Positions 10,566 through 21,119 of a DNA stretch of 64,000 nucleotides are shown here, in pieces. Position numbers and translations under genes: made by a program. Source of the DNA: Methanomassiliicoccaceae archaeon (GTDB taxonomy: Archaea > Thermoplasmatota > Thermoplasmata > Methanomassiliicoccales > Methanomassiliicoccaceae); NCBI GenBank assembly GCA_040776945.1, contig JAXGZN010000002.1, positions 320,001-384,000 on the forward strand, read 5' to 3'. The number at the start of each line of letters is the position of its first letter. The first letter of the stretch is position 1. A model generated the notes under the pieces. That model had not been told where the DNA came from, searched no databases, and saw only the letters and a program-made list of their open reading frames with translations.

Positions 10566-11701
10566 GCCGTGTTGTAAAAGTCAACTGACGAAATCTGAAG
10601 TCCGATTATCATCTGTTATCTATATTGTTATCAAAATGCATAAGTGTGGTCCAACCTATTGCCAGTTGTCCAAAAAGGTGATAGATTGGTTGCCACGACA
10701 CTAGCAATAACGAGCGAAGTATTCAAATTTTCCTGAGTTCGTCTCGACACGTTCGCGCTCGATCTCGAGCTCGTTACGGTCAACCTCGACCGCTACGACG
10801 ACGTGGCCAAGCACTCGTTCCGCTTGTCGCTCGAGGCGATTCGCCGGCACGCTAACGAGTTCGCTTTCTGGCAGCGTCGAGCGAGCAATGGACGACCGCC
10901 GACGGACGAGAGAACGCTTCTCGTGGCGTTCCTGCTCCGAGAGATTCTTAATCTGACGTTCCGCGAGACGGAGGGCATGCTGGAGATGTTCCGATCGCAT
11001 TACTCTCTGGATCGAATTCCGGACCACTCCACGCTCTCTCGCAAGCTGTCGTCCAGGCGTTGGACGACGGTGCCGGAGCGGTCCTTTAGGCATCTCGTGG
11101 ACGATATGCCGCCACGAGCAGCGGTCGTGGCGACGGACGCCACTGGCTACTCGGGACGCAAGCGCTCGTGGAGAGAAACGAAGCACGCTTGGCGGGCGAA
11201 AGAGGACTGGGTCAAGGTGCACGCGACCGTGGAGGTTGATGAGTTCATCGTTCTTTCGTACTCGCTCACGAAGTCGAACGTGCACGACAGCCAGGCGTTC
11301 GCTTCGGTCTGGGACCGGCTACCGAACAACGTGACGCCGAGGCGCAGTCTCGTCGATTCCGCTTACGTCGGCAACGACTGCCTGGAATCGGCTCGGAAGC
11401 ATGGAGCGACGCCGCTCCACGGCATCAAGAAGAACGCTCGCCTGGTCTCGAGGCCTTCGAACCTCTATCAAAAATTGGTCAACTTCGCTCGTCACTCACC
11501 TAACCGGTTCAAAGCGCAGTACACCAAGCGCGCGCACGCGGAGACGGTGTTCTCGATGATCTCCGCGCTGCTCGGGCACCGATCAAGATGCAGTACGAAG
11601 AATGGTAAGAAAAACGAGGTTCGGGCGAAGCTCGCCCTGTTCAACTTGATCCGGCTGGCCATGCGTAAGGAGTTCTGGTCATAGGAATTTTGCAACATGG
11701 C
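10566..11701 (+). mobile_element. IS5-family (archaeal ISH1-like) insertion sequence
   Basis: Right end TTTTGCAACATGGC (11688-11701). Best left match is GCCGTGTTGTAAAA (10566-10579, 12/14); a weaker alternative left end lies near 10684. Confidence 0.6.
10803..11684 (+). CDS. IS5-family DDE transposase
   Basis: IPDHSTL, VATDATG, WVKVH, VHDS, VDSAY and YTKRAHAETVFS motifs; start uncertain. Confidence 0.85.
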   Translation: MAKHSFRLSLEAIRRHANEFAFWQRRASNGRPPTDERTLLVAFLLREILNLTFRETEGMLEMFRSHYSLDRIPDHSTLSRKLSSRRWTTVPERSFRHLVDDMPPRAAVVATDATGYSGRKRSWRETKHAWRAKEDWVKVHATVEVDEFIVLSYSLTKSNVHDSQAFASVWDRLPNNVTPRRSLVDSAYVGNDCLESARKHGATPLHGIKKNARLVSRPSNLYQKLVNFARHSPNRFKAQYTKRAHAETVFSMISALLGHRSRCSTKNGKKNEVRAKLALFNLIRLAMRKEFWS

Positions 11702-11753
11702 TATACAATGATAGCACAGGCCACTTCAAAAATATGGGAGATGACATTACTAA

Positions 11754-12365
11754 TCATTTATTTAGATGGCATCCTATGGCAACCATTATTCTATCGATTG
11801 ATGGCTGAAGCATTGACTCCACAGTAATTTTACACCACGGTTTTGTCTTTTTTACGATAAATATGATAGAATAATCTGTTGTAATTATCTCAGTCTCAAC
11901 ATCAGAAGTGGCAGGGGGTAATACTGAAAGTCTGATTTTATATAACGGGTAACCAAATTTTGTCGTGTCTAGTTCTAGAATTTCAGATTTCTTGTTTTTC
12001 ACTTTATTCTCGCTCTTGAAACCGATATTATCTAATTTTACCATCGAGGCTTGATAAAGATCAACCTCCTCGTTTAATTGGAGCGGCGGAGGTAGTTTTT
12101 GAATCAGATCATTTGGACAATCATTTTCATCCTCATTTATTAAATGGATTTCCCCGCTGTTATGATATGACGCATGAGCTTTTTGGTAGCGACATTTTGG
12201 TATTCCTTTATCGTCTTTTTCCCAATATGGCAACTCAATGAACCAATAGATGTCTACTTGTGGGTCACCTGACGATTCTGTCAAGCTATTACGATATTCA
12301 ATCTTCAAAATACTCCTCTTTGAAGACTTATTTTTTGCGACTAGGCGAATTGTACAATCATTCAC
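11754..12365 (-). CDS. Hypothetical protein (AT-rich)
   Basis: 203-aa ORF in AT-rich DNA; no motif recognised. Confidence 0.6.
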   Translation of the reverse strand: MNDCTIRLVAKNKSSKRSILKIEYRNSLTESSGDPQVDIYWFIELPYWEKDDKGIPKCRYQKAHASYHNSGEIHLINEDENDCPNDLIQKLPPPLQLNEEVDLYQASMVKLDNIGFKSENKVKNKKSEILELDTTKFGYPLYKIRLSVLPPATSDVETEIITTDYSIIFIVKKTKPWCKITVESMLQPSIDRIMVAIGCHLNK

Positions 12366-12600
12366 ATAGACACAATTACCATTAACTAATAAAAACTGAC
12401 TTATTTGGTGGATGGGTGCGAACTGAGATCAACGGGCTGATCGTTTAGATTGGATGCTTATGACGAACCGCTTGGTTCGCCATTGTCCCCCCGGCATCTC
12501 CGTCCAGGAACCACATGGTGGAGAAGATATCGTCGTCCCCTGCTTGCCCATCACATTCATCTACCTTTGTTAAATAAGGGGTTCGATAGCGGATCGATAG

Positions 12601-13166
12601 GAGCGTTCCGTACGAGAGAGCATCATTGAACACATCGGCGCGCAATATGTCGGCGATGCTCTGAAGAAGTGGAACGAGTGCGAGCTGCTGGCAGCCTTTC
12701 TTGTCCTCAATGAACGTCAGGGAAGAGAATTTTGTGACAAAGAGGTCGATCCAATGCTCCCTGACAGAGGTCCGGGCGAACGCCCTATTGCTGATATTAC
12801 CTTAAAACGTGGTCTCCACTCAACCTCGTGAGGGTGATACATCTGCCTCACATCGTGGAAGAAGTCCACAGTTTACCAACCTTTGCGAGCAAGAGGAAGG
12901 AGCTCAGGGGCCGTAAACTTGATGGCGTTTACTTCGAGCTCGAGATGGCCCAATATTTTCACAACGAGAAGCTTCCTGGTTCATTCATCCCCCCTCTGAA
13001 GGGCCAGAGACAGTGCGAATTCATCCTATGCGATAAGATCTACATCGAATGCAGCGGCGGAGCTGATCTCAACCTCACATGCCTGGAAGGTAGATGGATT
13101 GAGTTCGACGGCCGTTCTAATCTTCGGTTGAGGAGCTTGAGAGCTAACGTCACTCGCCTTTCTTGA
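12601..13166 (+). pseudogene. Frameshifted remnant, possible PD-(D/E)XK nuclease-like protein
   Basis: Coding-like frame 12601-~12829 shifts into ORF 12828..13166 containing YFELEMA...CEFILCDKIYIECS, which resembles a degenerate E..PD..ExK pattern. Confidence 0.35.
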
Positions 13167-14027
13167 TCGATCTCTCATATCTCAGCAAGTGCTGGAGCCT
13201 GTTTGGTTCAACCTTCAGCTCGTTCAGCAGCCTCAGGATGTTCTGTTGCGGGCTGATATTATTCCTTGGAGGGTTCGTCTCGATTAAGCCAGAAATGTCC
13301 AGGCTAGGGTCCACCCTGATATTGTCTGGCGGCTTGGAGTAATCGGGGTGGCGGCCTATATGGTTGCATATGATCAACGTGGAAGGTGGAAAGCGCCCGA
13401 CCAGCCCTCTTATCCTTGGCGTTATTACATGGCCCACACTGGGCCCAGCCTTTCAATATCTTCCTTCACGACCATTTTTAACATCCCCTCCATGCGTACG
13501 CTGCCGTCCATGAACACGGTTCCAGGTGTTCCTACCGACTTCATGCAGATAAGGTTCAAACCGCCTACGATCTTGCCGCCCACCATTCCGGAGAACGCCA
13601 TGACTGCGGATATGTAGTCCTTGCTACCTTTCAGACAGGACAGGATCTCCGACGGGTCCATGTACCTGATCACTAGATATGGACGGTAGGCTATATTTTG
13701 GTCGATCACCGACTGTGCTAGGGCCGCTTTTTCAAGGTCGGTGGCCAAGTTGTAGGCGAACCAGTTAGCCATCCCTTCGACCATGGCCCAGTCCTCCCCG
13801 ATTTTCTTTATCATGTTGAACTCCTCCTCTGGCAGGTCCCCGTAGAGAAAGTGGTGCCATATCTCGTGCACGACCGCCATCCGGGCCTAGGCTCTGAAGC
13901 AATCCTCTCCGGGGAAGTCAAATAAACCGCTCTCAATCTTCTGAGCCCTATCCCTCAACAGCTCCGGGCACACGAAGATGTTGCCGCTCGCTCTCGACAC
14001 CTGAAGGATTATCCATCCACAATCCAT
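13150..14027 (-). pseudogene. HEXXH zinc-metallopeptidase-like protein, broken
   Basis: IFVCPELL...FRA*ARMAVVHEIWHH...VEGMANW. In-frame TAG at 13887-13889 and an apparent frameshift near 13435 into ORF 13150..13437. Confidence 0.55.
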
Positions 14028-14038
14028 CAGCAGACCGA

Positions 14039-14629
14039 ATGAAGAGATCGTACGATCCGCACCGTTCCTTCCGAACCACCACGCTAGCTATATCCATCGG
14101 CATCCTGCTGTACGCGATCATCACCATCCGCCTCAACGTCCTCATCGTCCCAGGCACCGAGCTGACCGCGGTGCGGCCGAGCGTGGTCGTGCCAATGCTG
14201 GTCGGCTTCCTGTTCGGCCCCCTGGCCGGCTTTATCACGGGGTTGGCAGGCAACGCCCTCGGCGACGCTATCACCTACGGCGAGTTCTTCTGGCCCTGGG
14301 ACCTCGGCAACAGGATCATGGGCGCGATCCCCGGTCTCGCCTATCTCTTCCTTGACGATGAGCGCCGGCTCGGCCGCACCGGTCTGCTGTGGGCGCCTCC
14401 CCTGGCCGTAGCGGCAGCGGTCATCGGCGTGGCCGTCGCCGTTCCTATTGATCTGGACCTCCAGATGACCGTGACCACCGCCTAGGACGCCTGGCGGGTG
14501 TACGTGGCGGCCGCGGCCACCGACGCCATCAACGGTGTTATTCTTCTCCCGATCCTCGTCACCGTCTACGCGCACCTCAGGCGGTTAGCGCACAGAAAGG
14601 TCTGCGGGGATGGTGAGCTATCGACCTGA
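14039..14629 (+). CDS. ECF transporter S-component with in-frame TAG (14483-14485)
   Basis: GFLFGPLAGFITGLAGNALGD..WPW signature. The frame continues past TAG into a typical last helix (AAATDAINGVILLPILVTVY) to TGA at 14627-14629. Confidence 0.75.
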
Positions 14630-15060
14630 GGCCTTCCGCCTGCGCACATCGACCGCAAGATAGCCGACCGCCCCCAGGCCCATGAAGGCGACCGCCAGGA
14701 GAATGTCCAGGGGGCCAACGTAGGCCATGATTGGAAGCGAGCAGGCGACCCCCAGCGCCGGAATGGTCCCCCCGAACCTCGAGACGTTGGTGCACTCCCG
14801 GCCCTGGACGAAGAAGGTGGCCGCCGAGATGCAAATCATCAGGTACACGAACGCCGGGAGGAACACCGACGCGTTGATGATGCTCTCCAACCGCCGAGGA
14901 AGGTAGCGATCAGGAGGGCGAGCACGTCCGCGACCAGCCACGCTATCAGGGAAGCGGGGCCGACCAGTGCGCTGGTCATCGATAGAATGATGAAGATTCC
15001 GGCCCCGCCGACCGGGCCGACGATGACTTCTGGCGTTCCACAACCCCCTGGCGTCCTCAT
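14618..15060 (-). pseudogene. APC-family amino acid permease remnant (internal deletion)
   Basis: N-terminal VGGAGIFII..GPASLIAW lies next to C-terminal helices (GGTIPALGVACS...) in a different frame. Confidence 0.6.
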
Positions 15061-15253
15061 ACCTGGTGTCGCCGGCGAACTAGACCATTCCCTCGATCCT
15101 GGAGACGGACCGGTCGGCGGCCGCTCCATCGATGGCGACCTTGTAGCCGTCGATATCTTCATGGCCAGCTAGACCATGGACGTTTTGTCCAGCCAAGGGC
15201 CTTAATGAGTATCTCTGAGCGGCCACGGCGGGCTTAAGATCTCGCCTGCTCTC

Positions 15254-15448
15254 ATGCCTGCGTTCACGCGCCGCCTATCATCAGAGTGCCCCGCCGATAT
15301 AATCACTGTATCGGTGCTGGACCTCGTGCCCATCGCCGCTGTCATCGCCTTCGAGATCTTGATCATCATCCAGTTCCCGCTGTGCTCGGCGCGGCATGCC
15401 TCGAAGCTCGGCCCGATGCAGGCTATCCTTCTGAAATTTGATCGGTGA
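15254..15448 (+). pseudogene. Possible ABC (FtsX-like) permease C-terminal remnant
   Basis: Hydrophobic helix followed by ARHASKLGPMQAIL, resembling the A.kA.kl.P.eAl terminus. Confidence 0.35.
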
Positions 15449-15859
15449 TCAAGATCGAAGATGAACCCCAAATCTCACAGAGTTCAGGCAGTTCAGCAGA
15501 CCCTGCCGCATCTCATTCACATCGGCGACTCAATAGCCACTAATGGTGAGAGAACCAGGTAAACGACCTGCCGGAGCCTATATCGAGCTCGACCGTCTCA
15601 CGGCCCGATCACCGCTACCGCTATGAGCGAAAAATACTCTCTCGGTACCGACCACGATCAACAGCTGTGAGCGTCATGATCGGCACGGGCGGAGGCCGAC
15701 GGATCATTCCGGCAATGATCCACGGTTCTAAAGAGCGGGGGGCAGATGAGTGATCCTTCGGTCGAGATGGCCGGCTGCCGCAATCGTCAACCGCACGGCG
15801 AACTCGCAGACAACCTTGCGGAGCAGGTCCGCGAACGCCCTTCCAACTCATCGGACCGC

Positions 15860-16459
15860 TCACGGCAGCCGCTTCTCCACCTCGTCCCAGTTCACCAGGT
15901 CCCACCAGCTCTCCACGAACTTGCCGCGGTCGTTCTTGTAATCCAAGTAGTACGCGTGCTCCCAGACATCGAGGACCAGCAAGATCTTCTGCTGCGCGTG
16001 CAGGTTCACGTTGTGCTTCTCCACCTGCACCAGCTGGGGCCTCTTGAGCTGGCCGCAGAACGACAGCGCGGCCCAGCCGGAGCCCTCGGCGCTCTTGGCC
16101 ACGGCCGAGAACTCCTTCTTGAAGCGGTCGAAGGAACCGAACTCCCTGTCGATGGTGTCTGCGATGCGCCCTCCCGGCCTTCCGCCGCCGGTCCCGGGCG
16201 GCGCCATGTTCTTCCAGAACAGGTAGTGGAGGAAGAGGCCTCCGAAGTTGAAGGAAAGCTCCTTGCACATCGCCTTCATGTCCAGATCGACGCCGGCCTT
16301 GCGCGCCTCCTCCATCTTCCCCAACACGCCGTTCGCTCCGTTGACGTAGGCGGCGTGGTGCTTGTCATGGTGCAGCCTCAGCAGGTCCTCGGAGATCACC
16401 GGGGCCAGCGCGTCGTAGCCGTACGGAAGTGGTTCCAACACATATCGGTTATCGTTCAA
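15860..16459 (-). CDS. sod: Fe/Mn superoxide dismutase
   Basis: LPYGYDALAP, HHDKHHAAYV, GSGWA and DVWEHAYY motifs; TTG start after a GGTGA RBS (ATG 16477 is an alternative). Confidence 0.95.
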   Translation of the reverse strand: MNDNRYVLEPLPYGYDALAPVISEDLLRLHHDKHHAAYVNGANGVLGKMEEARKAGVDLDMKAMCKELSFNFGGLFLHYLFWKNMAPPGTGGGRPGGRIADTIDREFGSFDRFKKEFSAVAKSAEGSGWAALSFCGQLKRPQLVQVEKHNVNLHAQQKILLVLDVWEHAYYLDYKNDRGKFVESWWDLVNWDEVEKRLP

Positions 16460-16753
16460 GTGCTCACCTCTCCCCATGAGTTCGAGCGGCCGGTATAAGC
16501 TCCTTTCCCATCTGCCCGAACCGCCGGGCCGGAGCAGCGCTCTCACGCCCGGAGCGACCGCTCGACTGCGCGCGGCGGTGTAACGAACAACGGTCGATCA
16601 ACGGCCTGAAGCGGTCGACCCGATCACTTGCCTTGCGACACCTCTTATTCGATAGCGCTCTCCCCGCAAGGCCACCATTGAGCGGACCCGCCTCAGCTCA
16701 CTGACGGGCGCACGACGGTCCAGCGAGAGTGGGTCCGAGAGGGACCGGACCGT

Positions 16754-17389
16754 TCATCCGTCGTTCATCGCGGACAGCATGAGCTTCGCCGCCTGCGCCT
16801 CGGCCGCCCTCTTCGAGGACCCCATGCCCAGGACGGCCTTCCCGTTCAGCTCGATGGCGCGATAGAAAACCCTCTTCTCGCCGAGCATCTCATCGAACCC
16901 CCTCGAGGCCGGCTTCCAGCGCTTGGCCTCCACCAGTTCCTTGAGCTCGGTCACCGGGTCCTGGTGCTCCTCCGCTCGCTGCAAGAGATCGGGAGTGAGC
17001 ACCATCTCTTCAACGAAGCTTCTGGCCGCCTCATAGCCGTTCCTCTCGAACACGGCGCCGATGGCCGCCTCCACCGCTCCGGCCAAGATCGAGCTGGCCG
17101 CCTTGACCTCCACGCCATTCCCCAGTTTCAGCTCCTTTTCGATCTCGATCCTCATTCCGACCTCGCTCAGCACCCGGTCGCTCCTCAGGAAGTTGGTCAT
17201 CACCGTGAGCCGGCCCTCCCGCTCTGAGCAGTGTTCATGAACATGATCGGCGATGGCCAGGTTCAGGACGGCGTTGCCCAAGAACTCCAGACGTTGGTTG
17301 TGCTCGCTCCCGGCGGACGCGTGGGTCATTGCGCGGCCCCACAGATCTCCGGCGGCCGCCCGCATTCGGTCAACGATGGTCTCGGACAT
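16754..17389 (-). CDS. RNase III-like protein 1 (nuclease domain + dsRBD), catalytic residues altered
   Basis: AMTHAS..NQRLEFLGNAVL, ILAGAVEAAIGA, DPVTELKE, GMGSSKRAAEAQAA; TATA-like TTAAATAA at 17410-17417. Confidence 0.85.
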   Translation of the reverse strand: MSETIVDRMRAAAGDLWGRAMTHASAGSEHNQRLEFLGNAVLNLAIADHVHEHCSEREGRLTVMTNFLRSDRVLSEVGMRIEIEKELKLGNGVEVKAASSILAGAVEAAIGAVFERNGYEAARSFVEEMVLTPDLLQRAEEHQDPVTELKELVEAKRWKPASRGFDEMLGEKRVFYRAIELNGKAVLGMGSSKRAAEAQAAKLMLSAMNDG

Positions 17390-17619
17390 AAAGGCCGGGA
17401 AGATATCCGTTATTTAACTGCTGTCGGCGTGAGCATCAATCGTGGTTCCCGGGAGGAAGCGCACCGAGGTCCGAAGGACCGTAGAAAAGCGGTCAACGGA
17501 CAGGCAGCGGAAGCCGCTCATCCCGGCCTATCGGCATGGCCGTCACGCCATCGTCCACCGTTGTCGCACTTGATAATGACCGGACGTCCGTTTAATACGC
17601 TCTCGCCTTCCCGGATGGC

Positions 17620-19530
17620 ATGGGCCCCGCCAGTCCCCGCTCATCGACCAGCTCGACGTACGCGCCGATCTCCGACTACGCGCCGATCGGCGACCTCCGC
17701 AGCCTCGCGCTGGTGTCCAGGGACGGCTCCATCGACTGGTGCTGCTTCCCCCACTTCGGTTCGGGCAGCGTCTTCGCGGCCCTGCTGGACTCCAGGAAGG
17801 GAGGACGCTTCAAAGTGTCGCCCTCGGCTCCCTCGCTCTCGGAGCAGAGATACATCGACTCCACCAATGTTCTTCAAACTGTCTTCACCACTTCTTCCGG
17901 CTCATTATGCGTGACGGACCTCATGCCCCTGCGCGGCGACCTCGAGGAGGAGACCGACGGCCCGCACCAGATCCTCCGCCTGCTGTCGTGCGACGACGGA
18001 GAGATCGATATCAGCGTCGAATGGTCCCCGCGCTTCGACTACGCCCGGCGGCCGGTGCGCATGGAGCGCGTGGCCGGAGATTGGATCGCCACCGGGGGCG
18101 ACGAGCGCATGGTGCTGCACGGCCTGGACCGCGGGACGGTCGAGAACGAGCTCGGTCCGGTGCTCCGCGCTTCGATCCGCCTCCGGGCGGGGGAGAAGCT
18201 TCCCCTGATGGCGAGGTGGGAGCCGGCGGCCTCCGAGCCCGGTCCGAGCTTCCCCACGGCGGAGGAGGCCGGCGACATGATCGCGGAGACGGTCGAGGCC
18301 TGGAGGTGCTGGGCGGCGCGCTGTCCTGCCGGCCGGATCGATTGGCGGCTGATGCCCCACCTGGTCCGATCCGAGCTGGTGCTCAAGCTTCTCACCTACT
18401 CGAAGACCGGGGCCATCGTCGCCGCACCGACCACATCGCTTCCCGAAGCGATAGGCGGCGTCCGCAACTGGGACTACCGCTTCGCGTGGATCCGCGACGC
18501 CTCGCTCACCGCGCACGCCCTGATATCGCTGGGACACCACCGCGAGGCGTTCGAGTTCCTGTGCTGGATCGAGCGCACGTCGAAGGCCTGGGGAAGGCGG
18601 GACCGCGGCATCCATATCCTCTTCGGGGTGCACGGCGAGGCCGAGCTCGAGGAGATCGAGCTCGACCACCTCGAGGGGTACAAGGGCTCTCGGCCGGTGC
18701 GAATCGGCAACGGGGCGTATTCCCAGGTCCAACTGGAGAGCTTCGGGGAGGTGCTCAACATCGCCTGCGAGCTCGTGGACCGCGGCATCAGCCTGTCGAA
18801 GGACCTCCAGGACTTCCTCGTTTCCGTCGCGGACATGGCCTGCGCGTCGTGGCAGGAGCCGGACCAGGGGATCTGGGAGATCAGAGGCGAGCCGAAGCAC
18901 TACGTGTACACAAAGGCAATGATCTGGATGGCTCTCGATAAGGCGGTCCGATTGCACCGCGCGTGCGGATGGCGAAACGACGTCCGGCGGTGGACCGCGG
19001 TGCAGGAGAAGGTTAAAGCGGAGATCCTCGACCGAGGCTACGATCCGGAACTGGGGAGCTTCGTGCAGTCCTATGGCTCCAAGGAGCTGGACGCCGCGAA
19101 CCTGCGCCTGCCGCTCATGGGACTCCTGCCTACCGACGACATCCGCGTGCAGGGGACCATCGACCGCACCATGGAAAAGCTGACGGAGAACGGACTGGTC
19201 TACCGATACCTCAACGATGATTCCTTCCCCCAGGGCGAGGGCACGTTCGCGCTGTGCACCTTCTGGCTCGTCGACGCGCTCGCTCTCTCCGGCCGCATGG
19301 ACGAAGCGAGGGCGATCTTCGAGAACGTGGTCAACCTGGGCAACCACGTCGGCCTGTTCGCCGAGCAGTACGACGCCGCCACCGGCGAGGCCCTTGGTAA
19401 CTTCCCGCAGGCGTTCACTCACGTCGGGCTGATCAACAGCGCCGTGAACCTCGCTCGAGCGGAGAGCCTCGGCGCGCCCGTCCCGGTGAAGGTGCCGGAG
19501 CCCAGGGTGGAGGCCACTCCGCCGGTGTGA
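17620..19530 (+). CDS. Glycoside hydrolase family 15 (trehalase/glucoamylase-like)
   Basis: ISDYAPIGD, GAIVAAPTTSLPE, RNWDYRFAWIRD, GIWE and GNFPQAFTH motifs. Confidence 0.92.
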   Translation: MGPASPRSSTSSTYAPISDYAPIGDLRSLALVSRDGSIDWCCFPHFGSGSVFAALLDSRKGGRFKVSPSAPSLSEQRYIDSTNVLQTVFTTSSGSLCVTDLMPLRGDLEEETDGPHQILRLLSCDDGEIDISVEWSPRFDYARRPVRMERVAGDWIATGGDERMVLHGLDRGTVENELGPVLRASIRLRAGEKLPLMARWEPAASEPGPSFPTAEEAGDMIAETVEAWRCWAARCPAGRIDWRLMPHLVRSELVLKLLTYSKTGAIVAAPTTSLPEAIGGVRNWDYRFAWIRDASLTAHALISLGHHREAFEFLCWIERTSKAWGRRDRGIHILFGVHGEAELEEIELDHLEGYKGSRPVRIGNGAYSQVQLESFGEVLNIACELVDRGISLSKDLQDFLVSVADMACASWQEPDQGIWEIRGEPKHYVYTKAMIWMALDKAVRLHRACGWRNDVRRWTAVQEKVKAEILDRGYDPELGSFVQSYGSKELDAANLRLPLMGLLPTDDIRVQGTIDRTMEKLTENGLVYRYLNDDSFPQGEGTFALCTFWLVDALALSGRMDEARAIFENVVNLGNHVGLFAEQYDAATGEALGNFPQAFTHVGLINSAVNLARAESLGAPVPVKVPEPRVEATPPV

Positions 19531-19835
19531 TGCTCTATTATCTCCTTCCGAGGGACCAGTGAACGGAAGGTGAGAGGGATCATACGCTCAAATGGCGTCA
19601 CCGCACAATGGAACTTTCAACGGGGCGAGGCTCCGCCGGACCTTTTATGGACCGGAAGGGGCGACGCCTTCAGGACGAAAGATGCAAAACGATGTCCTCA
19701 AGTGGATGACGGAATCCCATCCCGAGCGCGGGCAGGTCAGGAAGCCGTTCCTGTGCGCTCGCGACCACGTCGGCGTGGGTTGGTGCGAGCGGTGCGGCAG
19801 CCGGTCGAGCTCCAGTGCCCGCGTGGCCCCGACCA

Positions 19836-20480
19836 TCAGCTCGAGAATGGATCGATGATGCGGTCCAGGAGCATCTGGGATGCCTGAGCTTGGGCCTTCC
19901 TCTTGGAGGGCCCCCGGCCCATGAAGCCCACGCCCTCGATTTCCAGGCCATGGAAGAACACCCGCTCTCCGTCGATGACCTCTTCGTACGCCACGACCCT
20001 GGGCTGTAGCGGGCTCCCGTCGAACGCCTCCCGGATGATGGCGATCGGATCGGGATCGTTCTGCGCGCGCTCCAGTCTCTCGTCGGTAAACACCGCTTCC
20101 TCCATGAAGCCCTTGGCAATCTCGTAGCCCGACCTCTCGAGCACCGCGCCGATGACCGCTTCCATGGTCCCGGCCACCATCTCGTCCTCCAGCCTGCCGT
20201 CCCTGGGCGGCACGAAACGTACCGCCGCGTCAAGCCCAATCGCTCTGCCGGCCTCGCACAGTGTATCTTCGCATCGCAGGATGTCAAAGATCCTCGTCAG
20301 CTGCTCCCTCTTTCCCCAGAACCGGTGGTACAGCAGATCGGCGAGAGCAAGGTCCATCGCTCCGCCTCCGAGGAACCTCAGGCGCTGGTAGTAATCGTCA
20401 CCGAAAGAGGGGTGGACAGTGGCGCGGCCCCAGAGGTCTCCGGCGGCCGCGCGCATGCGGTCAATGACGTTCTCGCTCAT
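19836..20480 (-). CDS. RNase III-like protein 2, catalytic residues altered
   Basis: ATVHPS..YQRLRFLGGGAM, MVAGTMEAVIGA, GRGPSKRKAQAQAS; N-terminus nearly identical to paralog 1; TATA-like TTATAAAC at 20503-20510. Confidence 0.8.
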   Translation of the reverse strand: MSENVIDRMRAAAGDLWGRATVHPSFGDDYYQRLRFLGGGAMDLALADLLYHRFWGKREQLTRIFDILRCEDTLCEAGRAIGLDAAVRFVPPRDGRLEDEMVAGTMEAVIGAVLERSGYEIAKGFMEEAVFTDERLERAQNDPDPIAIIREAFDGSPLQPRVVAYEEVIDGERVFFHGLEIEGVGFMGRGPSKRKAQAQASQMLLDRIIDPFSS

Positions 20481-20699
20481 AGAGGCCGTGCAATAAATTA
20501 TCGTTTATAATGGATATTGATATGATAATCGATTCTGGTTCTGAGGAAGGCGACGAGGCGGTCCGGTCCAGAAAGGGACGGAAGGACCGGATGAGGATGG
20601 GAGGGGCCACATTGGGGCCGCTATCGCCATCATCGGCATGGCGCCCCGGACCGGTTGCCCGGCGGGGCACGGACGCGGCCCTATCTGTTGAGCGCCTCC

Positions 20700-21119
20700 T
20701 CAGCAGGCTCCCGCAACGATCTCCTTCAGGTTCTCCTGGGACGCCACGTACAGCTGGGCGGCATGGACGACGTCCGCGTCCATCTCGAGGCCATCATCGA
20801 GCGCGAAACGCATCTCGAACGGGAGGACCACCTCGTTCTTCCGAATGATGATCTGCGGCTTGGAGACAAGCCGGTACCCGAAATAGCCGACGCACTTGCC
20901 ACCGGACAGGATCCCGATGACCTTGAGGCCCTGGTCCAGGAAATCGAAGACCTGGTCGTCATGCTCCAGCACAACGCTCTGCCACTCAGGGTCGTCCTGG
21001 TAGATGGGATCGTACCTCGCCAGCCTGCTGGCGATATCAAGGCAGGTCTCGCCCTGCCCTCCAGTCAAAAGGCGCTCGTACACGTTGGGAATGCCCGGAC
21101 CCGCGATGATGCCGTTCAT
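20700..21119 (-). CDS. Hypothetical protein
   Basis: 139-aa ORF with host-like codon bias and an AT-rich upstream region. Confidence 0.65.
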   Translation of the reverse strand: MNGIIAGPGIPNVYERLLTGGQGETCLDIASRLARYDPIYQDDPEWQSVVLEHDDQVFDFLDQGLKVIGILSGGKCVGYFGYRLVSKPQIIIRKNEVVLPFEMRFALDDGLEMDADVVHAAQLYVASQENLKEIVAGAC

